A DNA stretch of 64,000 nucleotides from an uncultured Treponema sp. (GTDB taxonomy: Bacteria; Spirochaetota; Spirochaetia; Treponematales; Treponemataceae), in assembly GCA_963548875.1 (NCBI GenBank), contig CAUUVZ010000001.1:11038-75037 (forward strand), given 5' to 3'. How positions within the stretch are numbered: the stretch's first letter is position 1; each line of letters begins with the position of its first letter. A program made the position numbers and the translations under genes. Below are positions 1 through 10,499 of this stretch, piece after piece. The notes under the pieces are model-generated. The model was not told where the DNA came from, made no database searches, and saw only the letters and a program-made list of their open reading frames with translations.

Positions 1-56
1 AATTAAAAAAGGCTCTTGACTAGCATATATAAAATATTTGCTTAATTAATTTAATA

Positions 57-1050
57 GCCCAAATTTCGACTTATTTTTGAATAGATTTACAAAAAAGGCG
101 TAACCCATTAAAATTTTGTTACCACACCAAAAAAAAGGATTACGCCGTGACTGAAATCAGCCTAATTGAAGTTTACAGAATTGTTGATTCTTTTTTCAAG
201 TACTTTGAGGGTAATTTTTTAGTAGAACATTTTGCAAGAAATTATTATGGAAAGCGTGGATTCAAGAGATATCTTTCAATGAAAGATATAATGTCATTGA
301 ATATCTACAGATTTTTCATGCAGTTCTCAAACTTAAAGGCATTTCACCGATTCGCAAACGAATATTTGAAGGAACGATATCCCAATTTTCCGAACTATGA
401 GAACTTTTTGAAAGCGACAAACAAATCCTTTCCCATGATGATGCTGTTCGTAAATTCCGTTCTTGCAAAAAACAGGGAAAAATGTGCAGGAGAAACAATT
501 CATTTCATCGATTCGACACCTGTCGAAGTCTGAAAGAACAATAAAATTTCACGGCATAAAGTTGCAAAGGACTGTGCGTCTCGTGGAAAGTCAACAAAGG
601 GATGGTTTTTCGGCTTTAAGCTGCACGGAGTTTGCACCGCAGACATGATTGTCGAGTCTCTTACTTTTACCACAGGTTCCGTTCATGACAGTAAAATGGC
701 TCAAAAACTTACGAAAGACATAATCGGAAAGGCTTTTGCGGATGCAGGGTATCAGCTCAAGTCCGAAGTTCTTTCAGAAATGGCCGAAGATGGTGTTTTT
801 ATGCATAATGCAACCAGAAAGAATATGAACAGACTTATTTCAAAAGAGCAATTGGACTGCCTCAAGCAGAGGAACATTATAGAAACTGTCCGGAGTGTAA
901 TGAAAGGTCGTTTCGAGCTTGTCTATACTAAAGCAAGAAGTCTAAAGGGCATGTTCAGGCATTTCTTTTACAGCATTGCAGCTTTTTTGATTTCTCAATC
1001 AGCTTGCAGACAAAAACTCTTCATTCCTGATTAAAACTCGAATTTTGGGG
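57..1050 (+). mobile_element. IS982-family insertion sequence (~1 kb), inactive copy
   Basis: Imperfect terminal inverted repeats CCCAAATTTCGACTT (58-72) and reverse complement of 1035-1049 CCCAAAATTCGAGTT (13/15) bracket an IS982-type DDE transposase. No clear target-site duplication. Confidence 0.85.
147..1034 (+). pseudogene. IS982-family transposase interrupted by one in-frame TGA (531-533)
   Basis: ORFs 147..533 and 645..1034 are in the same frame. Reading through gives IDSTPVEV*KNNKISRHK...GWFFGFKLHG...ADAGY...RNIIET, the IS982 DDE motif series. Confidence 0.88.
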
Positions 1051-1063
1051 CATCAGACATTTC

Positions 1064-1108
1064 TTGCATGAATATTTGTTTTTTCATATATTATTACATA
1101 TTTATGCA
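1064..1108 (+). promoter_or_regulatory. sigma-70-type promoter of argR with adjacent ARG-box-like operator
   Basis: TTGCAT (1064-1069)-N17-TATATT (1087-1092); near-palindrome TACATATTTATGCA (1095-1108) resembles the TGCATAwwTATGCA ARG box; SD GGAGG before the start. Confidence 0.55.
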
Positions 1109-1131
1109 AGAAATGCCGACGGAGGTTTAAT

Positions 1132-1602
1132 TTGAAAGAGCGTTTGTCCAGACTAAAGGCAATTCGTAAATTGATTAAAAATAATGATATAAAAAGTCAG
1201 GAAGCGTTGCTTTCGTATCTGATTTCGGAAGGATTTGATGTTACTCAGGCGACCCTTTCCAGAGATTTGAAACTTTTGAAAGTCGGCAAAATTTCCGACG
1301 GAAACAGAGGTTACGTGTATACGCTTCCAAGCGATGAAGAACGCATGGAAACGGAACAGGTTTATGTACATGACTTTTTACGGGGCTATGTAAGCATCGA
1401 CTGGAACGGAAATACGGTTGTGATTAAAACTTTTCCCGGACACGCGAATACAGTCTGCAATGCTCTCGATAATATGAATATGGATGAAATTTTGGGAACC
1501 GTTGCGGGAGATAACTGTATGTTCGCCTGCCTTAGACAGGGTGTTTCCGGAGAACATTTTTTTCGAGAGCTGAAAAAACGTATCCCCGATATTGAAGATT
1601 GA
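1132..1602 (+). CDS. argR: arginine repressor
   Basis: VTQATLSRDL winged-helix motif, C-terminal GTVAGDN motif, 156 aa. Confidence 0.95.
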   Translation: MKERLSRLKAIRKLIKNNDIKSQEALLSYLISEGFDVTQATLSRDLKLLKVGKISDGNRGYVYTLPSDEERMETEQVYVHDFLRGYVSIDWNGNTVVIKTFPGHANTVCNALDNMNMDEILGTVAGDNCMFACLRQGVSGEHFFRELKKRIPDIED

Positions 1603-1795
1603 TGTTTTGTAAAAGCGATGTATCTGCAAAGCTGTGGAAAATTTCGGCTCTTGGAAAATTATTTTTATCGGAATGAAATAAATTTTTTATGCGAATATTG
1701 ATTTGACTCTATGACGATGTTTTATCTGACGTTTTACGTTTGATTTGATATATTGGATTTTTTATATAATAGATGATAGAATATCACGTATTTTT

Positions 1796-1993
1796 ATGAT
1801 TGATGTTACACGTTTAAATGGCAAAAAATATTGGGTTAATCCTCATATGATTGAAAGTATGGAATCCAATCCTGACCTTACATTGAATATGCTTTCCGGC
1901 AGACAGTTAATAATTAAAGAAAAACCTGCCGAAATTATAGATAAGATTGTTGAATACCGCAAAAAAATCGGTATAAATACACAAGAGGGATAA
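1796..1993 (+). CDS. flbD: flagellar FlbD family protein
   Basis: MIDVTRLNG...VNPHMIESME..PD motif, directly upstream of motA; start moved to ATG 1796. Confidence 0.9.
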   Translation: MIDVTRLNGKKYWVNPHMIESMESNPDLTLNMLSGRQLIIKEKPAEIIDKIVEYRKKIGINTQEG

Positions 1994-1996
1994 TAA

Positions 1997-2779
1997 ATGG
2001 ATATAGCAACAATAATAGGTCTTATAGGCGGTGCAGCGTGTATTGTCATGTCGGTACTTACATCCGGCGGTACGCTAGGCGGAATCATAGATATTCCTTC
2101 CGTATTTATGACTATCGGCGGTTCGTACGCTGCGATTTTCGTAGCAGCTCCTTTGTCAAAAACCATCGGTATATTCAAAGTTATAGGCAGAACATTCAAA
2201 ATCCCCGATTTCGGAGAGAAAACTATTGTAGGTAAGATGATGGATTTGTCCAACAAGGCGCGGCGCGAAGGTATCCTTGCGTTGGAAGACGGTCTTGAAG
2301 ATTTGGATGATCCGTTTATGAGAAGCGGATTGCGTCTTGTTGTAGACGGTACGGACGGAAACATAATCCGCGCGATAATGGAAAATGAGCTGAATCAGTG
2401 CGAAGCTCGGCACATGGAATGGATAAACGTAATCAACCAGTGGGCAGGATTTGCGCCCGGTTTTGGAATGATGGGAACCGTTCTCGGACTTATCGGTATG
2501 TTGAATAACCTTGAAGATAAATCCTCTCTTGGTCCTAATATGGCTGTTGCTCTTATTACCACTTTGTACGGTTCCATGATGGCGAACTGGATTATTGCGC
2601 CTTTCGGGCAAAAACTTCTTACTCAGAATGCTTCCGAAATGCGCGTAAAAGAAATGATTGTTGAAGGTGTACTTGCAATTCAGGCCGGTGAAAACCCGCG
2701 AATTATGGGACAAAAACTTCTTACATATCTTGATCCTGTTGCCCGCAAAGCTATAGAACAGGATGTTTTAAAAGACTAG
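1997..2779 (+). CDS. motA: flagellar stator protein MotA
   Basis: [39 protein letters not shown] motifs. Confidence 0.97.
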   Translation: MDIATIIGLIGGAACIVMSVLTSGGTLGGIIDIPSVFMTIGGSYAAIFVAAPLSKTIGIFKVIGRTFKIPDFGEKTIVGKMMDLSNKARREGILALEDGLEDLDDPFMRSGLRLVVDGTDGNIIRAIMENELNQCEARHMEWINVINQWAGFAPGFGMMGTVLGLIGMLNNLEDKSSLGPNMAVALITTLYGSMMANWIIAPFGQKLLTQNASEMRVKEMIVEGVLAIQAGENPRIMGQKLLTYLDPVARKAIEQDVLKD

Positions 2780-2798
2780 GCAAAAGGATTTTCGATAT

Positions 2799-3530
2799 AT
2801 GGCAAAAAAAGAAAAGAAGGAACCGCAAAAACCTTCAACAGCGTGGCAAGGTACTTACGGCGACATGATCACTCTCATGCTCTGCTTCTTCGTTATGCTT
2901 TATAATCCGTCTGAAATCGACATTACTCAGCTTGCAACTATAACGCAGTCTTTGCAGATGAATGAGACTGAAACCGTATCCGGCGGTATGTCGCTTGCAG
3001 CAGGACGACTTGCAGATTTGGGAAATTCGATTAATGCGCTTCCTGCAGTAGAGAAAGGACGCTCTTTAGGTACTGCTAAAAAAAAGGCAGTGAGTCTTTT
3101 TGCACCGGATACAAAATCAAACAAAATAACGGTAACAAGCGATGAACGCGGGCTTGTTATTACGCTTGCCGCTGATAATTTCTTTTCGGAAGGGAGCGCG
3201 GATTTAAATATAGATGAAACCCGCGATACTCTTTTACGGCTTTCCGACTTTTTTAAATCCCCTGAATTAAAGGGAAGAAGATTTAGAATAGAAGGACATA
3301 CCGATAATACGCCGGTAAAAGACGGTTCGGCTTTTTTAAGTAATTGGGAGCTTTCGACGGCGCGAGCTACAAATGTCCTGCATTACCTTGCCGACTACGG
3401 CGTAAATGAAAATGCTTTTCATGTTGCAGGTTATGCGGATACGCGCCCCAAGATGTCTAATGATACGGCTGAAGGCAGAGCGTATAACCGGCGCGTGGAT
3501 ATAATTATCCTGGATGACGGGCACTTTTAG
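2799..3530 (+). CDS. motB: flagellar stator protein MotB
   Basis: [16 protein letters not shown] motif; OmpA-like domain EGHTD, NWELS, NRRVDI. Confidence 0.97.
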   Translation: MAKKEKKEPQKPSTAWQGTYGDMITLMLCFFVMLYNPSEIDITQLATITQSLQMNETETVSGGMSLAAGRLADLGNSINALPAVEKGRSLGTAKKKAVSLFAPDTKSNKITVTSDERGLVITLAADNFFSEGSADLNIDETRDTLLRLSDFFKSPELKGRRFRIEGHTDNTPVKDGSAFLSNWELSTARATNVLHYLADYGVNENAFHVAGYADTRPKMSNDTAEGRAYNRRVDIIILDDGHF

Positions 3531-3572
3531 TTGCATAATAAAATATATTTATTTAATATAAGAAGATACGAT

Positions 3573-3599
3573 TAAATTTCGGTATAAAAAAGCCGATAA
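3573..3599 (+). promoter_or_regulatory. sigma-28 (FliA) promoter upstream of fliL
   Basis: TAAA (3573-3576)-N15-GCCGATAA (3592-3599), exact consensus, in the motB-fliL gap. Confidence 0.8.
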
Positions 3600-3662
3600 T
3601 GTTTTAGAAAGCATTAATAACCGTTTCTTAAATTTTTATAATTGTTTTTCCTGGAGGGAAAA

Positions 3663-4208
3663 ATGGCAGATGATGGACTTGACGAACTTGAAAGCGGAGC
3701 TGCGGTTTCTCCTGCAGCTAAAAAAAGCGGTATAGGCGGAATTTTTCCCGCTTTATTAAAATGGACTGCTATTGCTATAGGTGCAATCATTCTTATTGTT
3801 GTTATCGTCGTAGTTACCATGAAGATTGTGGGTGGAAACAATCCGAATCCGCCGCAGCTTCCTATAAGCGATGAATATACGGTTCAGCGTGAAATTCTTG
3901 ACTGGTATACTTCATTGGGTGCAATCCGCACTAAGACAAGTGATGAGATTCCGGCGAGTGTCATCGTTGATGTTGCGCTCGGATATAAGAAAGACGATAA
4001 AGCTACTTCTACCGAAATTACGCAAAGAACTATTGAACTCAAAGACTTTTTACGCCGATATTTTACAGAGAAGACAATTCTTGAATTGAAGCCGCAGAAC
4101 GAACAAAAACTTAAAATCGAACTGCGGAATTCAATAAATGATGAGATTCTTAGCAATTCAAAGATAAAGGACATTTCGTTCTTGCAGCTTGATGTTATAG
4201 AACAATGA
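3663..4208 (+). CDS. fliL: flagellar basal body-associated FliL
   Basis: Single N-terminal TM then periplasmic domain; position between motB and fliM; ATG 3663 with GGAGG SD. Confidence 0.9.
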   Translation: MADDGLDELESGAAVSPAAKKSGIGGIFPALLKWTAIAIGAIILIVVIVVVTMKIVGGNNPNPPQLPISDEYTVQREILDWYTSLGAIRTKTSDEIPASVIVDVALGYKKDDKATSTEITQRTIELKDFLRRYFTEKTILELKPQNEQKLKIELRNSINDEILSNSKIKDISFLQLDVIEQ

Positions 4209-4234
4209 TTGTTTTCTTAAAAAGGTGAGGAATA

Positions 4235-5269
4235 ATGACCGAAGTTCTGTCGCAGGATGAAATAGATCAACTTCTTACAGCTATAAGCACAGGGGATTCT
4301 GAAACCGACGATTTTAAGCCGGTAAGCGACACCCGTAAGATAAAGATTTATGATTTTAAGCGCCCCGATAAATTCTCTAAAGAGCAGCTGCGTACTGTTT
4401 CCAATATGCATGAAACTTTTGCGCGTCTTACCACAACAAGTCTTTCCGCTCAATTACGGAGCCTTGTTCATGTTCATGTGGCTTCGGTTGATCAGCTTAC
4501 CTACGAGGAATTTATACGCTCTATTCCTACTCCTACAACTCTTGCCGTAGTCAATATGGATCCGCTTAAAGGAAATGCGATACTTGAAATCGATCCGACA
4601 ATCACATTTTGTATGATTGACCGTCTGTTCGGCGGACGCGGTGTTACTTCATCCAACAAGAACCGCGACCTTACCGATATAGAACAGTCCGTAATGGAAG
4701 GGATTATCGTCCGCATTCTTGCGAATATGCGCGAAGCGTGGACTCAGGTAATCGATTTACGTCCGCGTTTAGGACAGATTGAAACGAATCCCCAATTTGC
4801 TCAAATTGTTCCGCCAACGGAAATGGTTGTTCTTATCACTTTGGAAACAAAAGTCGGGGATGAGGAAGGCATGATGAATTTCTGCATTCCGTATCTTACG
4901 ATTGAACCGATTATATCGAAACTTTCTTCCCAGTTTTGGTTTTCTTCCGTTCGTAGAAGTTCTACAACTCAGTATCTTGGTACTTTGACGGAAAAACTTT
5001 CTTCCGTCGATATGGAAACGGTTGCGGAAATAGGTTCAATCAATCTCCCTGTGAGGGAAGTTCTTGCCTTGCGTATCGGAGATATTATTCGTTTATCAAA
5101 TACAAAAGTTGGAGATCCGCTTACGCTTAGCGTAGGTAATAAAAAGAAATTCTATTGCCAGCCGGGTGTCGTGGGTAAAAAGATGGCAGTACAAGTTACA
5201 GGCAAAATCGAAGACATTCACGCGGATGAATTTGAAGAACTTAGCGTAGAAGGAGATGATTCATTATGA
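4235..5269 (+). CDS. fliM: flagellar motor switch protein FliM
   Basis: [11 protein letters not shown]heY-binding motif, [15 protein letters not shown], SpoA-type C-terminus. Confidence 0.97.
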   Translation: MTEVLSQDEIDQLLTAISTGDSETDDFKPVSDTRKIKIYDFKRPDKFSKEQLRTVSNMHETFARLTTTSLSAQLRSLVHVHVASVDQLTYEEFIRSIPTPTTLAVVNMDPLKGNAILEIDPTITFCMIDRLFGGRGVTSSNKNRDLTDIEQSVMEGIIVRILANMREAWTQVIDLRPRLGQIETNPQFAQIVPPTEMVVLITLETKVGDEEGMMNFCIPYLTIEPIISKLSSQFWFSSVRRSSTTQYLGTLTEKLSSVDMETVAEIGSINLPVREVLALRIGDIIRLSNTKVGDPLTLSVGNKKKFYCQPGVVGKKMAVQVTGKIEDIHADEFEELSVEGDDSL

Positions 5270-6447
5270 GTGATGGTGCTATTTCGCAGGATGAAATTGA
5301 CGCTCTGCTTTCAGGTGTTTCCGTAGACGGATTAAACCCGTCCGGTCATGTTTCTGGCGGACCTGCCGTCCGCATGGATATTGCGGCACTTCAGAAATTC
5401 GCCGATTCTCTTAAAGAGCCTTTAGTTGAAAAACTTAACGGAATGACCGGAGTTGAATTTACCGGAGATACTCCGATTGTTGAAACTTTGGATAGAGATA
5501 AGCTGTTGGGAAAATTGCCGGAAGTCGTTGTTGCCGTTTCTTGCGATTATTCTGCAGGTCTTGCAGGTGATCATCTTTATATTCTTGCGCCAGAGTTTGC
5601 ACAGAAGTTAGTCAATTTAATTTCTAAAGAAGAAAATGCCGATTTTGACGATATGGCACTTTCCTGCATCGGCGATGTCGTTTCCATTCATACAAATAAT
5701 GAAATTATGGAACTCGACAAAAAAGGCGGATTTACGGGGCTTGCCTGTAACCCGCCGGAAGCGGTCAACAATCCTAAGGCGATGATTCGCATTCCTCAAA
5801 ACCAATTTGCGCTTTTCAGTTATCCTCTAACGCTTGACGGACAAGGTTATACTCTTTGGGAGGCGATAGGCGGTCAAGCTGCCGAAAAAATAAGTGCCGC
5901 TTACGGCGGAAATGCAGGCGGAGCCGAATCCGGTGCTTCAGGGAATGCTCAGGCACAGGCGGCATCCGTACAAGGAATGAATGCCGCTCAGCCGATGGGA
6001 GCTATGCCAAATATGGGAATGCCGCAGCAGATGATGGGTGGAATGCCTAATATGGCAATGCAGCCGCAAATGATGGGAATGATGCCCAATATGGGAATGC
6101 CGCAGCAGATGATGGGCGCGGGAAATATTCCTAATGTGCAGAATTTGCAGTTCCCGTCGTTGCAGGGCGCGAATATGGGAAGCGAACAGGGAAACATCTC
6201 TTTGATTATGGATGTTTTCATGGAAGTTACCGTAGAGCTTGGACGTACTAAAAAGACAATCAAAGACATATTGAGCATGGGCGAAGGAACGATTATCGAA
6301 CTTGATAAGCTTGCCGGCGAACCGGTCGATATTCTTGTAAATCATAAGCCGATTGCAAAAGGCGAGGTTGTCGTTATCGATGAAAACTTCGGTGTCCGCG
6401 TAACGGAAATTTTATCTCCGTTGGAAAGGGTGTCCGAATTGCATTAA
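5266..6447 (+). CDS. fliY: flagellar switch protein FliY (FliN domain at C-terminus)
   Basis: [11 protein letters not shown]-terminus; C-terminal VELGRT...[14 protein letters not shown]...[13 protein letters not shown]. Confidence 0.92.
   Translation: MSDGAISQDEIDALLSGVSVDGLNPSGHVSGGPAVRMDIAALQKFADSLKEPLVEKLNGMTGVEFTGDTPIVETLDRDKLLGKLPEVVVAVSCDYSAGLAGDHLYILAPEFAQKLVNLISKEENADFDDMALSCIGDVVSIHTNNEIMELDKKGGFTGLACNPPEAVNNPKAMIRIPQNQFALFSYPLTLDGQGYTLWEAIGGQAAEKISAAYGGNAGGAESGASGNAQAQAASVQGMNAAQPMGAMPNMGMPQQMMGGMPNMAMQPQMMGMMPNMGMPQQMMGAGNIPNVQNLQFPSLQGANMGSEQGNISLIMDVFMEVTVELGRTKKTIKDILSMGEGTIIELDKLAGEPVDILVNHKPIAKGEVVVIDENFGVRVTEILSPLERVSELH
6004..6120 (+). repeat. 3 x 39-nt tandem repeat encoding the Met/Gln-rich FliY linker
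   Basis: Units start at 6004, 6043, 6082 ([13 protein letters not shown] / [13 protein letters not shown] / [13 protein letters not shown]). Confidence 0.85.
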
Positions 6448-6473
6448 AATTCGATTTTTTAGGGTGGGGAAAA

Positions 6474-7109
6474 TTGAATATCTCAAAAATATCTTATGCG
6501 CTTCTTTGCGTATTGTTTCTGCACTTTGCTGCATACTCTCAAGAAAACGGAGTCGTTTCGGATATTTCCGAGAACACTCCCGTTACTTCTGTCGTACAAA
6601 ATTCTTTGGATGAATCTTCGATTTCTTTGACGTCCCAAAATGATGCGCTCCAACAAACATCGTCCGTATCTACATTCAAGCTTTTCGCACGTATGATTTT
6701 GGTGCTTGCAGCCGTTGTTGCCTGTATTTACGCCGTTTTATGGCTTTTTAAGCGGAGTATGCGCACGCAGGAAAGCGACGATCCGTTTTTACGCCTCGTT
6801 TCTTCCGTTCCGCTTGGAACCGGCAAGTCGGCGCAAATAATAACGCTTGTCGACCGCGCGTATATCGTCGGCGTTTCCGAATCTTCCGTGAACTTAATTG
6901 CGGAAGTTACGGACAAAGAACTTATCGACGCGATGAATCTGTATTCTGATGAGCACAAAAACGTAAGAAAGCCGCGTTCGTTTGCGGATATTCTCGATAT
7001 TTTTATGCCGGGCGGTCCGCGCGATAAAGGCGGAGTGTTCGGTTCCTCGCAAAACAAGCTTGCCGATATGCTTGAACGCCAGCGTGAGCGCATAAAAGGC
7101 GGTGAATGA
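6474..7109 (+). CDS. fliO: flagellar biosynthesis protein FliO/FliZ
   Basis: Signal-like N-terminus, TM segment, LVSSVPLGTGKSAQII..YIVGVSE motif; position before fliP. Confidence 0.85.
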   Translation: MNISKISYALLCVLFLHFAAYSQENGVVSDISENTPVTSVVQNSLDESSISLTSQNDALQQTSSVSTFKLFARMILVLAAVVACIYAVLWLFKRSMRTQESDDPFLRLVSSVPLGTGKSAQIITLVDRAYIVGVSESSVNLIAEVTDKELIDAMNLYSDEHKNVRKPRSFADILDIFMPGGPRDKGGVFGSSQNKLADMLERQRERIKGGE

Positions 7110-7938
7110 CATGAACTCTTTTTCAAAAACTGTTTACTGCATTCTGCTTTTTGCGCTCCTTGCCTCAAGTCAAACTTTTGCGCAGCAGCGTAATACTTTT
7201 CCGCAAGGTTCAACAGCCGGAACAACCGAACAAAATACCAATGTCCGTAATCCTCAGGTTCCGAACGTAAACATTCAGATAACTCAGCCGCAAACCGGGC
7301 GCGAAGTCGCATTTTCCGTCCGCCTGCTTGCCCTGCTTACCGTTCTTACTCTTGCGCCGAGCCTTTTAATTTTGCTCACCTGTTTTTTGCGTTTTTCTAT
7401 TGTTTTAGACTTTATTAAACGTGCGCTTTCCCTTCAGCAGGTGCCGCCTACAGCGGTTTTAAACGGAATCGCATTTTTTATGACGCTCTTTGCAATGTGG
7501 CCGACGTTTACTAACATCTACAATAATTCTTTTAAACCGCTTTCCGACGGCGAAATCGGCATTGAAGAAGCGTACAGACAGGCGGAGTCCCCCGCACGTA
7601 TTTTTATGTATTCGCAGATGGCTGGCGACACGTCATATATCGCTACATTTATGAATATGGCAAAGCTTGAAAAGCCTGATACACTTGCCGACGTGCCTAC
7701 CCATATTTTAATTCCTGCGTATATTTTACACGAGTTGACCGTAGCGTTTAAAATCGGCGTTATTTTGTACATCCCGTTTATAATAATCGACATGGTTGTC
7801 GCGAGCATTCTTATGTCGATGGGTATGATGATGCTGCCGCCGGTGCAGATTTCCATGCCGTTTAAGCTCATGCTCTTTGTACTTGTTGACGGCTGGGGGC
7901 TTTTGACGCAGCAGCTCTTCAATTCGGTGCTGCGCTGA
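7102..7938 (+). CDS. fliP: flagellar export pore protein FliP
   Basis: LSLQQVPP, MGMMMLPPVQISMPFKLMLFVLVDGW. Confidence 0.97.
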   Translation: MNDMNSFSKTVYCILLFALLASSQTFAQQRNTFPQGSTAGTTEQNTNVRNPQVPNVNIQITQPQTGREVAFSVRLLALLTVLTLAPSLLILLTCFLRFSIVLDFIKRALSLQQVPPTAVLNGIAFFMTLFAMWPTFTNIYNNSFKPLSDGEIGIEEAYRQAESPARIFMYSQMAGDTSYIATFMNMAKLEKPDTLADVPTHILIPAYILHELTVAFKIGVILYIPFIIIDMVVASILMSMGMMMLPPVQISMPFKLMLFVLVDGWGLLTQQLFNSVLR

Positions 7939-8285
7939 AACTTTATCGGAAATGGCTTAAAGGGGGACTTTTCCCCTCGCTCCGAAGCCGGCGGCTGAAA
8001 CACCGTTTTATGCGGTTTTTTGCGTTAGCAAAATCTCGTGCGAACGGAACTTTAATCTGTCGTGCTTTGTTCTGTGTCGGTCGCCTATCTGCGGAGACAC
8101 CCCGGAACGTCCCTTATTACACTTTTTTCGGCGGAAAAAATGTAAGCTGCGGGCGGGATAACGGGACTTGGTTTTACAGACTCAATTTGCCTGCCGTCCG
8201 CTTACGGCTTTGCATTGCGGCAAAATATTTTTTATTTTATGTGCTTTTTCAGATGTTGAAACATCTTTATAAAAGTTTGTTATTA
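7939..8285. repeat. structured intergenic insert with two degenerate copies of the hairpin/GCGGACGG stem-loop module
   Basis: Module copies at 8016-8084 (+) and 8149-8225 (-); the latter aligns with 61396-61444; several further hairpins. Confidence 0.7.
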
Positions 8286-8295
8286 GGGAGGAAAA

Positions 8296-8565
8296 ATGTC
8301 AACGGGAGAACTTGTAAATCTTATACGCGGCGGAATTATGCAGGTTTTTATGATGATTTTGCCTGTGTTAAGTGCGGCTCTGATAATCGGCTTGGTCGTA
8401 GCGATTTTTCAAGCGACTACATCTATTCAAGAGCAGACGCTTACATTTTTGCCTAAACTGATTGTCATTCTTGCCGTCATTGCGCTTTTAAGCGGATGGA
8501 TGTTTACGGAAATGCGCGAATATACGGTCGCTTTGTTTCGGATGATTCCGCGTATTGCACGGTAA
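8296..8565 (+). CDS. fliQ: flagellar export protein FliQ
   Basis: FQATTSIQEQTLTFLPK motif, 89 aa. Confidence 0.97.
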   Translation: MSTGELVNLIRGGIMQVFMMILPVLSAALIIGLVVAIFQATTSIQEQTLTFLPKLIVILAVIALLSGWMFTEMREYTVALFRMIPRIAR

Positions 8566-8574
8566 ACCTCGACG

Positions 8575-9375
8575 ATGATTGACGGCATCCTTTTACGTGC
8601 GCCGATTTTTATTTTAACCGCTTCGCGCACATTGGGACTGATTTTTACACTGCCTCTTTTTTCCATGCGGACGGTTCCGCGCGCAGCAAAAATCGCGCTC
8701 TCGGGCTATATGGCGTACATTCTGATGGGGATAGCCGATTACGGTGCCTACGGAAATATTCTTGCTGCGGACGGCGCGTTCAGCTTGTATTTTGCGCTGT
8801 TGATTTTGGGAGAAGCGCTCATCGGTGTTTTAATCGGTTTTTGCGTGTCGATTATTTTTTCTGCGTTCAGTACGGCGGGACAATTTTTTGCGTTTCAGAT
8901 GGGATTCAGCGCAAGCGAAGTTTATGACGCGCTCTCGCAAGTCGAAAATCCGCTTATGGGACAATTTTTTAATCTCATCGCAATGCTTATTTTTATGCAA
9001 AATCATTGGTTTCAAAAATTGTTCCTGCGCGGTTTAGCGTCAAGTCTTTCTTCTCTCAATGTTTTTGAACTTATTGCCGCGCGTGAAAAAATCGTAACGT
9101 TTTTGCTTTCTGGACTGTCAAACCTCTTTGCGGATGCTCTTGTAATTTCTCTTCCTATAATGGGAACTCTGCTTTTAATTACCGTCAGCACGGGACTTTT
9201 ATCAAAAGCGGCTCCGCAGATGAACCTGCTTTCCGAAGGTTTCCCGATAATGATTCTGCTTTCGTTCGGAATTATCTTTGCGGTTTTTCCCTCACTTGTA
9301 GATTTTTTTATCCGCTCGTTCAATACCGGATTGAATTCGATTATCGCCGTTCTTGCTGCCACCGGAGGCTCTTAA
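8575..9375 (+). CDS. fliR: flagellar export protein FliR
   Basis: Polytopic membrane protein, AGQFFAFQMGF, KAAPQMNL motifs. Confidence 0.95.
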   Translation: MIDGILLRAPIFILTASRTLGLIFTLPLFSMRTVPRAAKIALSGYMAYILMGIADYGAYGNILAADGAFSLYFALLILGEALIGVLIGFCVSIIFSAFSTAGQFFAFQMGFSASEVYDALSQVENPLMGQFFNLIAMLIFMQNHWFQKLFLRGLASSLSSLNVFELIAAREKIVTFLLSGLSNLFADALVISLPIMGTLLLITVSTGLLSKAAPQMNLLSEGFPIMILLSFGIIFAVFPSLVDFFIRSFNTGLNSIIAVLAATGGS

Positions 9376-9376
9376 A

Positions 9377-10477
9377 ATGAGTTTTGACGATATCGACCTG
9401 CAATGGTTTGCCGCAGAAGACGAAGGGCGCACGGAGGAACCTTCAGAGTATAAGCTTCAAAAGGCGCGGGAAGAAGGCAGAGTCGCAAAAAGCGCGGAGC
9501 TTTCCGGTGCAATTGTACTTTTGTTTACAGTGCTTACGCTTATTCTGCTCGGTTCTTATATTTTTCGTACCTGCGCCGAGGTTATGCGTTTCTTTTTTAT
9601 GCGGGTAACGCAAAGCGAAGTGAACAACCCCGCGTTTATGGAATTGTTTTTCCGGAAATTTGCGGTTATGGTTTTACCGATAACATTTGTCGGTATTGTT
9701 GCCGGTGTGATTGCAAACATAATTCAAAATCGCGGAATGATTTTCAGCTTAAAACCGATAGAGCCGCAGTTTTCAAAAATCGTTCCCAAATTCGGGCAAT
9801 ATTTTAAGAAGACGCTTTTTTCATTTCAGGGTGTTTTTAACATTGCAAAATCGATTGGAAAAGTCGCTGTTCTTGCCGTTATCGCATATATTTTGGTGCG
9901 GCGAAATATGCCTGTCATCCTTATGTCTATTCAAAACGGAAATGCGCTTGGAGCTGTTCTTGTTATTTCAAAAGCCGCCGCTTTTATGCTTGTCGCATCC
10001 GCTGTAGTTCTGCTTATAATTGCGATTCCGGATTATTTTGTGAATCGGCATGAATTTATGGAATCGATGAAGATGACTAAATTCGAAGTAAAGCAGGAAT
10101 ATAAAGAAATGGAAGGAGATCCTCAGGTAAAAAGCCGTTTGATGGCGGAAGCCCGCAGACTTTTACAGCAGAATATGCCTAAAGCGGTTCGCGAAGCCGA
10201 TGTTGTAATTACGAACCCTACGCATTTTGCCGTGTCCATGAAATACGACAGAGCGGTTGACGATTCTCCGAAAGTTACGGCAAAAGGACAGGACGAAACG
10301 GCTTTACTTATGCGCCGCATTGCGGCGGAAAACAACGTCCCGATTGTCGAAAACAGACCTCTGGCGCGTTCTCTCTATGCAGAAACCGAAGTTGGTGATA
10401 TAATTCCCGATAAGTATTTAGCTGTGCTTGCAAACATATATGCTGAGATTATGAAAATTAACTCAAAGAAAAAGTAA
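9377..10477 (+). CDS. flhB: flagellar export switch protein FlhB
   Basis: RTEEPS, EGDPQVK, NPTH autocleavage motif; ATG 9377 with GGAGG SD. Confidence 0.97.
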   Translation: MSFDDIDLQWFAAEDEGRTEEPSEYKLQKAREEGRVAKSAELSGAIVLLFTVLTLILLGSYIFRTCAEVMRFFFMRVTQSEVNNPAFMELFFRKFAVMVLPITFVGIVAGVIANIIQNRGMIFSLKPIEPQFSKIVPKFGQYFKKTLFSFQGVFNIAKSIGKVAVLAVIAYILVRRNMPVILMSIQNGNALGAVLVISKAAAFMLVASAVVLLIIAIPDYFVNRHEFMESMKMTKFEVKQEYKEMEGDPQVKSRLMAEARRLLQQNMPKAVREADVVITNPTHFAVSMKYDRAVDDSPKVTAKGQDETALLMRRIAAENNVPIVENRPLARSLYAETEVGDIIPDKYLAVLANIYAEIMKINSKKK

Positions 10478-10499
10478 GTAGCTTGCTGGGTGGGGACTG

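Noticed and set aside
8010..8456. 148-aa ORF between fliP and fliQ (also 45805..46008, 55015..55197, 61134..61406)
   Set aside because: These ORFs run through palindromic repeat elements, the first overlaps fliQ, and none has recognisable motifs.
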